64,000 nucleotides of DNA from IMG/VR virus record IMGVR_UViG_3300007171_000004, positions 64,001 through 128,000 of that record, one strand, 5' to 3'. A model generated the notes under the pieces. It was not told where the DNA came from. It searched no databases and worked only from the letters and a program-made list of their open reading frames with translations. Shown here piece by piece: positions 46,201 through 52,893 of this stretch. Source of the stretch: a virus. Lineage: Duplodnaviria; Caudoviricetes. Position 1 is the first letter of the stretch; each line of letters begins with the position of its first letter. The position numbers were made by a program, and so were the translations under genes.

Positions 46201-48705
46201 TTAACTCAAATATATAACTCGCTAAGAATCACTACATTCCCAGCTTTACTTAACAACGTCACATACTCAACAGACAACTCAGGATCTTTAGTATTTGATG
46301 GAACAAATAGCTACATTGATGTTCCATATACCCAAACATCTATCACAAAATACTCAATATCTTTGTGGGTAAAAACTACACAATCTGCAACAACACTTAT
46401 CTACAACAGAGGAATTACTTCAACTTCTGGTATTTCTGCAACTCTTGGAATAGCTGGTGGGAAAGTTAAATTTGTACCTTGTGATGGAAATGGTATTATC
46501 TTCGGAATTACTGGATCAACTACAATAAATGATAACGTCTGGCATCACATTGTAGCTGTAATTGATGGAACAACTGGATTAACACCAACAGAACAAAACT
46601 TTAATTCGTTTATCAGAATTTATGTTGATAATACTCTTCAAACATTAACATACACAGGAGCCATGAATGCACCAGCTCTTCCATACACAGGCTTAGAAAA
46701 CTTACAAATTGGAAGATCTGTTGCTTGGAATGAATACTACTCAGGTCAAATTGGCACAGTGCAAATTTTCACTAAAGCCCTAACACCAACAGAAGTGAGA
46801 GGTATTTATTTAGGAGAAGAAAATCCAAATATTGGCACACATACAATTAAACCTGAACTTGTCAATATCCCAACAGGAACAATACCATCCTTAGAAAATG
46901 TTAACATACAAAATATCTATGCTAATTACAATCTAAGACATCTTTCTGTTCTAAGTTCCGAAATTGTACCAAATACAAATTCATTTACAAATATTTTCTA
47001 CGAACAATTTGAAACTGCTAGCTCATTAAACTTCGGAGATACTGTCAACTATGTAAAATCCGATACAACAGATCAGATATATGGTCTTAATACATTTAAT
47101 GAGCCACCTCCAATAAATGCTGGTGCTACAGGATTTGGAATTTACTGGTTTACAATGGGCCCTCTTTATAAACCATTCGTAAAATATACTGGAATTTCTG
47201 GTTTTGGCATGAAGAGGGTAGATAATCAAAGCGAAAATAAGGTTTTAATCTACCAAACTCAATATAGCAGATCTTCTACTTTCTTCTGGTCAGGATTTGT
47301 TAGAACGACACCAGGATATATTACAACTGGACTTTCTGGAATTGCTTTTGCTATACAACCTAATAATATCTATAATGGATACTTTGCTGTCATAGATATT
47401 AGAAATGGTATTGCAGACACAGCAGGATTCCAATTAAGAAAAGGTATCAATAATCTTACTCCTATAGCTTTTGATGCTGGAGTAAATATAACTTTAGATG
47501 CATGGTATAGAATTACAGCTGAATGGAAAACAAACGGAGATATAACTGTAAGACTATATAGCTTCGAAAATATTTTATTATCAACTCTTTCTGTAAATGA
47601 TAATACATACTCAACAGGTTATATTGGACTTACATCTTATTCTAACAGCTTATTTGATAATTTTACCAACATAAATTCTCAAACTGCATTCCCATCGACA
47701 ATTGCATCTAGAGAATTTGTCAGTTTACATAGAATTGCTCCAGGTCAAGTAGGAATAACTCAATCTGGATCTATCTTAACTGGTGAAGCAACTGGAATTC
47801 ATCGTATTAAGACTGAAGTGGTTTATCTTGTTTCTGGATCTATATCGTCTCAAGAATTTTTACCCACACAAAGAATAAATGCTGGTGCTGTTAGAATCTT
47901 ACATCAAGGTTTCACAAATGTATCAACTCTAGGCTCGCATACATTATTAGCTGGTGGAAAGAACTTATCACCAACAACAATCTTAAGTGGACAAATTCTT
48001 GGAACTCATACAATTAAGCCTGAAGCTGCAAAGATTTTACATCAAAGCTTAATTAATACAAACATCTTAGGAATACATAGACTTAATCCTGGAAATGTAA
48101 ATGTAACTGGTGTAACATCCATACCTACAAGAGAACAATTTGAAAGTTATAAGTTAATTGCTGGTGTTGCGAAAATCTTGCCAACATCATTTACAGTTGC
48201 TCATGTTTTAGGAATTCATACTGTAAGACCTGGAGTTGTTAATATTCTATCTGGAACAATTTCTTCAAGGGAATTTGTAAACAGACATAGTTTATCTTCA
48301 GTAGCTAGATTATTACCAACAAGCATTCTGACAGGACAAGCTTTAGGATTACATAGATTCGAACTTAAGAATAATATTAGTGCTGGAACAATATTATCTG
48401 CAGAAGCCTTTGGAATTCATCTATTTAGAGCAGTTCATAAGATTTTACCACCAACATTAATCAATAATTCTTATGTTGAAACTCCTAAATTTATCTTTGC
48501 ATTCCGTGATGGCATTCTTAAGGTTATGATATTACCTTTAGGAACAATAGGAATGACAACTAATGACTACGGTAATATCAATGTAAGTGTAAGAGATATT
48601 TCAGTAATTGAAGAACAAATTAGTAGTAAATATCTTTTGGAAAATGAAGTCGATAACAAATACATTATGGAAATTAAAATTTATGATAGTGAAAGGTTAC
48701 CTTAG
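40276..48705 (+). CDS. Giant multi-lectin fibre-like protein (about 2809 aa), probable ATA start; about 7 LamG-like domains, 3 copies of a second beta-sandwich, C-terminal shaft repeats
   Basis: The frame is open from TAG 40258-40260. GAGGA SD at 40264-40268, 7-nt spacer, then ATA-GCT. The extension carries TDGLKLYVNAFSKDSYPGTGNVWYDLSGN, the start of LamG domain 1, so the track start at 40714 lies mid-domain. Confidence 0.78.
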   Translation: MADIISDGSFSIYTSTSNQTSTSLNFNGNVSLTSSSPYVQTALSYSISDSELIYSVAQSVFTKSANPFYTYTTDGLKLYVNAFSKDSYPGTGNVWYDLSGNNANVTLVNSPIKSPYSFDFSGATDYATGTVVISDSNPGDTVTVEFLMFGDLATFTVPFKFDGLNYGIYTKNGHLGFNTWSDDIYGVTSAPYENEYNHFVFIFKRNQVENCKMYINGNLQTLTNRMNPYNNSNANFNSGGFIIGNTLNTSGYNANVRVCYLRIYNKELAQAEVTQNYIWSTKIFYPFFTIPSAPEKITQDLVLDIDAGNLYSYPSSGTKVISPKPYDNPSILRSMIMPLGLSTNYIGGDIEGVLYNGVGFSTNFGGVWNFDGTNDYIEFPYNSAINNADNFTFECWFKSNNIALEQVIFNTNNYGQSPERGYHIEIYQSKMILQVFPSQQFTFSTVTLQSNVWYFLSVTYSNGSVNYYVNNVSAGTGNYTFIPSTATLLIGRYPQGFFNLNGQVSNLRFYSRVLTETERKLNYDALSPRFQVQALNNVNYLPTKEMYPDIVQTGLLLNIDPGYYKSYTGSGTTINSLVNNYTGTLNNGVGYLAKNYGQLVFDGTNDYVSIPNADLLNLGSSFTISAWVKINDISATGVYAIFNNVDINPGVVTKGYSFYWIGSGIYGINSKSIALQFGQNAWEWNVYSSAVNSINDTNFHHVVVTISNANTNNPTVNFYIDGNVSTSNWWNSSTKRAINYNDNVNAIRIGHYFIPTDPNYANTNVYANINLGNVQIYTTALSGKEIKQNYYATYWKFNTQIKSGQQLYLDAGNNNSYSGSGTSILDISGNSRNGTLVNGVAFTSNYEGGLIFDGTNDQIQLSSVILSGSQDFTISAWVESTGGVGTIFGNYPAGTLQMFYSPNYIGFWLNNNSAYANAALYYKSGPVNLTVQRSGGSNLFVYLDGLLIKTGSSNALIGTTSDFRIGATTANAELFQGRIYNIQVYNRALSFSEIQENYTAYASKFGKSGIKFLLESSSLRNLNTPQPPSIISAENLPSHTFNNIFYDKFDYGLNLTLGDTDFYEFASDFGIQQLGMYNSWLYPMGFNNDPGAKYSFNIGLNSFLDFPGAPITNTASFERNGIYRAPSSPGNKVIAYNVNYARGTNFFYSGFLKTNLYYETTGLTGLGIGIQGDVKLGYFAVIDVRNGTGETAAFQLRKDINNTVPLATDTSITIQADRWYRISFTWSSAGLIIAKLYDGVGVLLSTLTVTDTSYTSGYLGITSFSLSSYDNLTNIFNLSFSPSAITTAEALNNNNVIIPGNVNLLSGTISKTLVTNGLSLHYDIGNSSSYNGTSTITDLQGNYNGTISGSPVLYNTYGKYLELNSSSNITLSTLPATFWNNASWTVSFWVWGNNLSATSIYLLIHGTAGINNSWLHLRINTTRSITFGMWNNDLNSVSLLEHNRWHYITFRFDKTNLTKSIYIDGKLDATSSSNAYIGTGTNTILFSPFSGRFAKFEAYNRALQPQEINQNYMANKDRFGNHYLIPKFYEQFESTSIFTEGDLDHYIRLIDYGPGYGINALFTPPYMAGYVSAAGWTGYGLARVPGESFKIVNTSFSYLSDSNFFWSGWLKVQPNYQTSSISGLGFGIQSSNVLGYFAVIDIRNGTGSSAAFQLRKDIYSVPLVTATNITIVQDEWYRITITWNNSLITVNLHNKFGDIISTLTTTDYSYTSGKVGIVSYSNASFDNFTNLTYLTISRAKVRPDLISDNLQFYYSPSNLESYQGTGNALIDMSKNYDIIKTGLIVHLEAGNKSSYPGSGNIWYSLVGNAYGELINNVGFVDNYKASYFTLNGTNQYIQLNNFTFTQSSSANQYTIIISAKLNSTSSSRRQLISPDNAGFDWGFGAGDGTKFSIFTGDNIQTGRNQDTNWHIFAGQWSSTGTKLYIDDVIDINTTTIGYDSSINVTNIGRNPSFGEYWHGTVSTVLIYDRILTTQELTQIYNSLRITTFPALLNNVTYSTDNSGSLVFDGTNSYIDVPYTQTSITKYSISLWVKTTQSATTLIYNRGITSTSGISATLGIAGGKVKFVPCDGNGIIFGITGSTTINDNVWHHIVAVIDGTTGLTPTEQNFNSFIRIYVDNTLQTLTYTGAMNAPALPYTGLENLQIGRSVAWNEYYSGQIGTVQIFTKALTPTEVRGIYLGEENPNIGTHTIKPELVNIPTGTIPSLENVNIQNIYANYNLRHLSVLSSEIVPNTNSFTNIFYEQFETASSLNFGDTVNYVKSDTTDQIYGLNTFNEPPPINAGATGFGIYWFTMGPLYKPFVKYTGISGFGMKRVDNQSENKVLIYQTQYSRSSTFFWSGFVRTTPGYITTGLSGIAFAIQPNNIYNGYFAVIDIRNGIADTAGFQLRKGINNLTPIAFDAGVNITLDAWYRITAEWKTNGDITVRLYSFENILLSTLSVNDNTYSTGYIGLTSYSNSLFDNFTNINSQTAFPSTIASREFVSLHRIAPGQVGITQSGSILTGEATGIHRIKTEVVYLVSGSISSQEFLPTQRINAGAVRILHQGFTNVSTLGSHTLLAGGKNLSPTTILSGQILGTHTIKPEAAKILHQSLINTNILGIHRLNPGNVNVTGVTSIPTREQFESYKLIAGVAKILPTSFTVAHVLGIHTVRPGVVNILSGTISSREFVNRHSLSSVARLLPTSILTGQALGLHRFELKNNISAGTILSAEAFGIHLFRAVHKILPPTLINNSYVETPKFIFAFRDGILKVMILPLGTIGMTTNDYGNINVSVRDISVIEEQISSKYLLENEVDNKYIMEIKIYDSERLP
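47692..48489 (+). repeat. About 12 tandem 22-24-aa protein repeats (xSIxSxExxGxHxIxPGxVxI-like)
   Basis: PSTIASREFVSLHRIAPGQVGI, SGSILTGEATGIHRIKTEVVYL, PTTILSGQILGTHTIKPEAAKI, PTSILTGQALGLHRFELKNNI, AGTILSAEAFGIHLFRAVHKI and others. Degenerate at the DNA level. Confidence 0.8.
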
Positions 48706-48774
48706 TGTATAAAAAAGGATAACTAAGAACTATTTGTAGAAAATTACTATTATACTTCTTGTGAGGAACAATAT

Positions 48775-49179
48775 ATGGCTAACGCTCTTTATGATACTGG
48801 TAGAAATGCATTCTTATTAGGTCAAATTAACTGGTCCAGCAATACATTCAAGGTTGTGCTTTTATCCAGTGCTTATTCAGTTAACTTAACAACACATCAA
48901 TATTTATCGGATATTACTGCTGGTGCTAGAGTTGCGACATCATCTGCTTTAACAACATCGACTCCTGGTGCTGGTGTTGCTAATGCTTCTAACATCACTC
49001 TTACTGCTGTTTCTGGTTCGCAAATCACCCAGTTCGTAATTTATAAAGATACTGGCACTGAAGGAACATCACAATTGATTGCTTATTTCGATACTGCAAC
49101 AAACTTGCCGATTCAACCAAACGGTGGCGACATCACTGTACAATGGTCAACAGATACATCGAAAATTTTCAAGCTCTAA
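48775..49179 (+). CDS. Conserved phage virion/tail-associated protein (134 aa)
   Basis: MANALYD.GR..FL.G.INW...IYKDTG...S.LIAY.D.AT.LP..PNGGDI.V.W...KIFKL is a pattern I recall from other tailed phages (not verified). GAGG SD. Confidence 0.6.
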   Translation: MANALYDTGRNAFLLGQINWSSNTFKVVLLSSAYSVNLTTHQYLSDITAGARVATSSALTTSTPGAGVANASNITLTAVSGSQITQFVIYKDTGTEGTSQLIAYFDTATNLPIQPNGGDITVQWSTDTSKIFKL

Positions 49180-49197
49180 TTTTAGGAATTAAATAAA

Positions 49198-49458
49198 ATG
49201 GATTTTTCAACATTAACTGACGAGCAACTTAATGAGCTTTGGGCAGAAAAACAATTAGCTGTAGAAGTTGCAAATGAAGAATTAAATCAAGTTGCTACAG
49301 CTGTAAAGGCAAGATTGATTGAAGCAGAGATTGTGAGAAAGATTGGTGGAATTACTCCTGAAGAATTAGAAGTTCTTAGGAATATGGCCCCAGCTGCACA
49401 AAGCATGAACACTTCATCGATCGAATCTGCGGAAAGTGTTGCCTGGAACGAGAAGTAA
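49198..49458 (+). CDS. Small coiled-coil hypothetical protein (86 aa)
   Basis: AGGA SD; heptad-like helix; C-terminal SSIESAES echoes the SIxSAE motif of the fibre proteins. Confidence 0.7.
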   Translation: MDFSTLTDEQLNELWAEKQLAVEVANEELNQVATAVKARLIEAEIVRKIGGITPEELEVLRNMAPAAQSMNTSSIESAESVAWNEK

Positions 49459-49477
49459 CATTTAAATATCTATCCTT

Positions 49478-49506
49478 AAAAAGCCAGCTTAATGCTGGCT
49501 TTTTTT
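49478..49506 (+). terminator. Intrinsic terminator (A-flanked, potentially bidirectional)
   Basis: AAAAAGCCAGC-TTAAT-GCTGGCTTTTT plus further Ts. Confidence 0.85.
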
Positions 49507-49554
49507 GTAAGAATACTAGCATTCATTTAAGAATATATTTAAAGAGGTAACGCT

Positions 49555-49854
49555 ATGAATCAAAAATTATATTCGAATTCTACGATTAGGATTGAAGCTC
49601 AAGTAAAATTAAGAGATGGAACTTTGACAGATCCTACGGGTATTAGATTCTTAATTACTGATCCAGCTGATGTCACCACTACTTATGTTTATGGTACAAA
49701 TGTCCAACTCAAACACGATGTTGGAGCTACAGGCATTTATTATGTAGAATGGTTAGCTTTATTACCCGGAAAATATAGATACACTTGGGAATCGTATGGT
49801 GATATTTCAATTGCTCAAAAAGGCATGTTTGAAGTAGAAGATTCAAGGTGGTAA
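49555..49854 (+). CDS. Small Ig-like/beta-sandwich hypothetical protein (99 aa)
   Basis: GAGG SD; beta-rich pattern DPTGIRFLITDP...GIYYVEW...PGKYRYTWE. Confidence 0.65.
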   Translation: MNQKLYSNSTIRIEAQVKLRDGTLTDPTGIRFLITDPADVTTTYVYGTNVQLKHDVGATGIYYVEWLALLPGKYRYTWESYGDISIAQKGMFEVEDSRW

Positions 49855-49858
49855 TTAG

Positions 49859-50809
49859 ATGCCTTATCCTGGTCCTATAAATAATCATGAGGGTGCAACT
49901 GGTTTATTAATAAGAAGTTTAAAAGTAAATAATTATTATCTTATGGTTGATGATTTTAGCATTAATCAAAAACAAGATATAGAAATAAATCAAAACTTCA
50001 TACAAGGTGGACCAGGGGCAGCTATTTCAAATATTGGTGCTAAAAGATTTGAAGGATCTTTAACTTGTCCATTACGAGTTGATAGAAATGGAAATTTAGA
50101 TCCTGCTGTTAAAGAATTATTAAAGCATGCTGAAAATCCCATGACAGCTTTAAGGATAGATACAAACCACGTAGCTTCTCATTATGGTTTAACTGCAGGT
50201 AGCATTCCAACAATTAACAATGAACTTTTATCTTTAGATTGTGTTTTAATAAAAAATTTAAAAATCAACTGTTCTCCTGATGATGAATATGCAAAATTGA
50301 CAGCAGATTTTGTTGGAATGATAGATGTAAGAACCAGTTTGGGATATGTTGCTCCTTCTGATGCTACATATTTAAAAAGAGCTTTATCTTGGCTTGATCT
50401 AGATGCTTACAGAGAAGAAAGTCAAATGAGATCTTTATCAGGATTCAGCATAAATATTGAAAATCAATCTGAAACACATGCTTTTCTTATGCCTATTAGT
50501 ACAACCGTTGCACAAAGAAATGATCAAGTCCAATTCATAGGTGTTAAAGGTACTAAGTGGACTGGAGAAATGAATGAAGTAATGAGAAGAGGATTAGAAT
50601 TACATCAACACATTCATGGTGGCTGGATGGTTAATGAAAATTTAACTTTTAAGCTTGGTAAATTACAAATAACCTTTCATCATCCATTATTCAATATATC
50701 TGATGTACCTTTGTCTGCTAAAATTCTTAAGAGAACTACATCTTGGACTAAAATTCAAGCTCCTAATGAACCAATGACAGCAGGAGGACTTTTTACTTTT
50801 AATGAATAA
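49859..50809 (+). CDS. Putative tail-tube-like protein A (316 aa)
   Basis: Aligns by eye with 50902..51921 (SLKV...NFIQGGP..AI.NIG...SL..PL.V). Beta-strand-rich; tube fold is inferred. Confidence 0.5.
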   Translation: MPYPGPINNHEGATGLLIRSLKVNNYYLMVDDFSINQKQDIEINQNFIQGGPGAAISNIGAKRFEGSLTCPLRVDRNGNLDPAVKELLKHAENPMTALRIDTNHVASHYGLTAGSIPTINNELLSLDCVLIKNLKINCSPDDEYAKLTADFVGMIDVRTSLGYVAPSDATYLKRALSWLDLDAYREESQMRSLSGFSINIENQSETHAFLMPISTTVAQRNDQVQFIGVKGTKWTGEMNEVMRRGLELHQHIHGGWMVNENLTFKLGKLQITFHHPLFNISDVPLSAKILKRTTSWTKIQAPNEPMTAGGLFTFNE

Positions 50810-50901
50810 ATCTTTAATAACAAGGAAAATAAAGAATTCTTGTAATATAAAAAGTTATATCGTGTCGCAAAAACGAAATTTAAATTTATAGGTGGAACAA
50901 C

Positions 50902-51921
50902 ATGCCTCTTAATAATAACCTTTACGGTGTATATAAGACCCTCAGAATTGGTGGGACTTCGTACATCGTTGAAAATGCATCTAGAAATAGATCGATGGAA
51001 GTTAGCCCTAAGAGCTACGTCCAAGGAACTCCTCTTTCGGCTATCTTGGACATTGGTGGCGTAACAGAAGACATTTCGATCCAAGCTCCAATTCTTGTCG
51101 GTGGTGCTTCTGCTCATGACGGTAGATCGCTTGCTAATACAAAGATTACTGAAATTCTTTCTCCTTCGACAGCTACATTGCCATTGCTTCAAAATGCAAA
51201 CTTTAGAGTTTCTGAGGGTGGAGCTTCGGTTTCCATGTCTCTTATGTCTGATGGTTCGGCTGCATCTTCGCTTGCTGGTTACTTCCAGTTAGTCAATAGC
51301 CCAATTCCTGCTTTGAGCCCAGTTTCTGCTGGTGGTCCTACAAGAGTTGCAAGATTCTACGACTTCCGTGTAAACATCGGTGGTAGAACATTCTTCGTTA
51401 TTGAAGCGAACATTGAAGTCAAGTCCCAAGTTGACAAGAAGTACTTCCTCGTTCCTAATGCTACATCGACCAACATTATGGATGAAACCGGACAAGGTGA
51501 GCTTGTTACCATTCCTAATACAGGTGGTACACAATACTCCTTCGGTAACCAATTCCCATTTATTGGTATCACTGGTGTAGAAATCTCCGGTGGTGGTAAG
51601 GCTGCTGTTCTTTTACAAGACCTTAACTCTGACGGTGACTTCACTGACTATACCGCAGGTACAACTGATGAATCTATCAACCTTACCTACGGTATCAACG
51701 AGCCATCTTCTGGAGACCTTACACTTCAAATCCCTGGTGGAGCTGTTTATGAATCAGTTGCGTTCTCCTTTGAGATCTACAACCCATCAACTGATGCATG
51801 GGTCAGCCTTCTCCCATCACTCAACCTTACAAGATCGGTTATCAACAAGTCTAACTTCGAGATTACCAACGGTCTTCTTACTGTAGACTTCGGATTCACC
51901 TGCTGGGTTACCACAGCTTAG
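50902..51921 (+). CDS. Putative major tail-tube-like protein B (339 aa), high-expression codon bias
   Basis: Paralog of the preceding gene; AGGTGG SD; strong preference for AAC/TAC/TTC/ATC/GAC/GGT codons, unlike its neighbours. Confidence 0.55.
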   Translation: MPLNNNLYGVYKTLRIGGTSYIVENASRNRSMEVSPKSYVQGTPLSAILDIGGVTEDISIQAPILVGGASAHDGRSLANTKITEILSPSTATLPLLQNANFRVSEGGASVSMSLMSDGSAASSLAGYFQLVNSPIPALSPVSAGGPTRVARFYDFRVNIGGRTFFVIEANIEVKSQVDKKYFLVPNATSTNIMDETGQGELVTIPNTGGTQYSFGNQFPFIGITGVEISGGGKAAVLLQDLNSDGDFTDYTAGTTDESINLTYGINEPSSGDLTLQIPGGAVYESVAFSFEIYNPSTDAWVSLLPSLNLTRSVINKSNFEITNGLLTVDFGFTCWVTTA

Positions 51922-52331
51922 TGATTTTTGCATAATTTACAAGATTCGCATAAACTTTTGTTTATCTTATATGAGTAAATTATCAAAATAGATCCTATAA
52001 CTAGTAACAAATTAAACACTAGGTTGCTCTTATTTATATGTTCATGTAATGTATGGATAAGAGCAACCATTCCAAACCCAACATAAAAATACAGAGATGC
52101 TTTGATTGATTTATGCCTTTTATATCCAAAGCACATAGTTAACAATCCTGAAATTCCTGATAACAACAATAAAATTAATTCAAGATTTTCATCTGCAAAC
52201 ATACTAATTCCCAATAAAGGCAAAAAGGTCATTAATATTGGCATCAATGTGCAGTGAATTGCACAAATAAAGGATGCAGAATATCCAAGCTTTTCAAATA
52301 AATTTATAAGAATACGATTTCCTGTGAACAT
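51918..52331 (-). CDS. MerC-family membrane protein (137 aa)
   Basis: LGYSASFICAIHCTLMPIL matches the MerC-domain ASxxCAIHCxxxP motif. Four hydrophobic segments, GYKRHK loop, Cys/His-rich tail CESCKLCKNH. Confidence 0.78.
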   Translation of the reverse strand: MFTGNRILINLFEKLGYSASFICAIHCTLMPILMTFLPLLGISMFADENLELILLLLSGISGLLTMCFGYKRHKSIKASLYFYVGFGMVALIHTLHEHINKSNLVFNLLLVIGSILIIYSYKINKSLCESCKLCKNH

Positions 52332-52893
52332 CTGTTAATCCATTTTCTATAATAGCTTGAATATGATCTTTAGTTAAATATCCCTTGTTTGATAAAAATT
52401 TGTAATTGGGATATTGTTCATCCAAATCTTTCATTAAGCGACACTGAATAACTTTAGCTACTATGCTTGCACATGCTACCACAAAACTAGTCGAATCGGC
52501 TTTAGGTAGCATGTGCATATTTTTTAAACTTATATCAGAAGCTTGATCTAAGATAAATAAATCTACTTTATGATATTTTAATACCTCTAAAGCAGATTCT
52601 TCTATAATATCTTTATTTGCCCGATTTATTCCATGTTTATCGATGAAATATTGATCACGAGTAGAAACATGAATCTTTATAGCCTTTTTTAAAATTTGCT
52701 CATATAATTCATCTCTTTTTTTCTCTGATAGTTTTTTAGAATCATTAACACCAGGGATAAAAACAGTAGAATCCATCAATACACATGCTGCAACAATACT
52801 ACCTGCACAAGATCCTCTACCACATTCATCTATACCAGCAATATATTCTCCATGAACGCTTCTTAAATCATCATCATAGTTTTTGAGTGACAT
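52294..52893 (-). CDS. rnhB: Ribonuclease HII
   Basis: AGIDECGRGSCAG, VNDSKKLSEKKR, KADS.S..VACASIVAKV, NKGY.T..H. Start placed at ATG 52893. Confidence 0.92.
   Translation of the reverse strand: MSLKNYDDDLRSVHGEYIAGIDECGRGSCAGSIVAACVLMDSTVFIPGVNDSKKLSEKKRDELYEQILKKAIKIHVSTRDQYFIDKHGINRANKDIIEESALEVLKYHKVDLFILDQASDISLKNMHMLPKADSTSFVVACASIVAKVIQCRLMKDLDEQYPNYKFLSNKGYLTKDHIQAIIENGLTDVHRKSYSYKFI

Noticed and set aside
17044-48705. Diversity-generating retroelement acting on the fibre genes
   Set aside because: No reverse transcriptase in the window, and I saw no near-identical template/variable repeat pair differing at adenines. Paralog differences look like old, largely synonymous divergence. 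A computed repeat search would be needed to exclude a template elsewhere.
51918-51921. Overlapping convergent stop codons without a terminator (also 3113-3116) as an antisense control system
   Set aside because: Such 4-nt overlaps are common in compact AT-rich genomes; there is no independent evidence of function.
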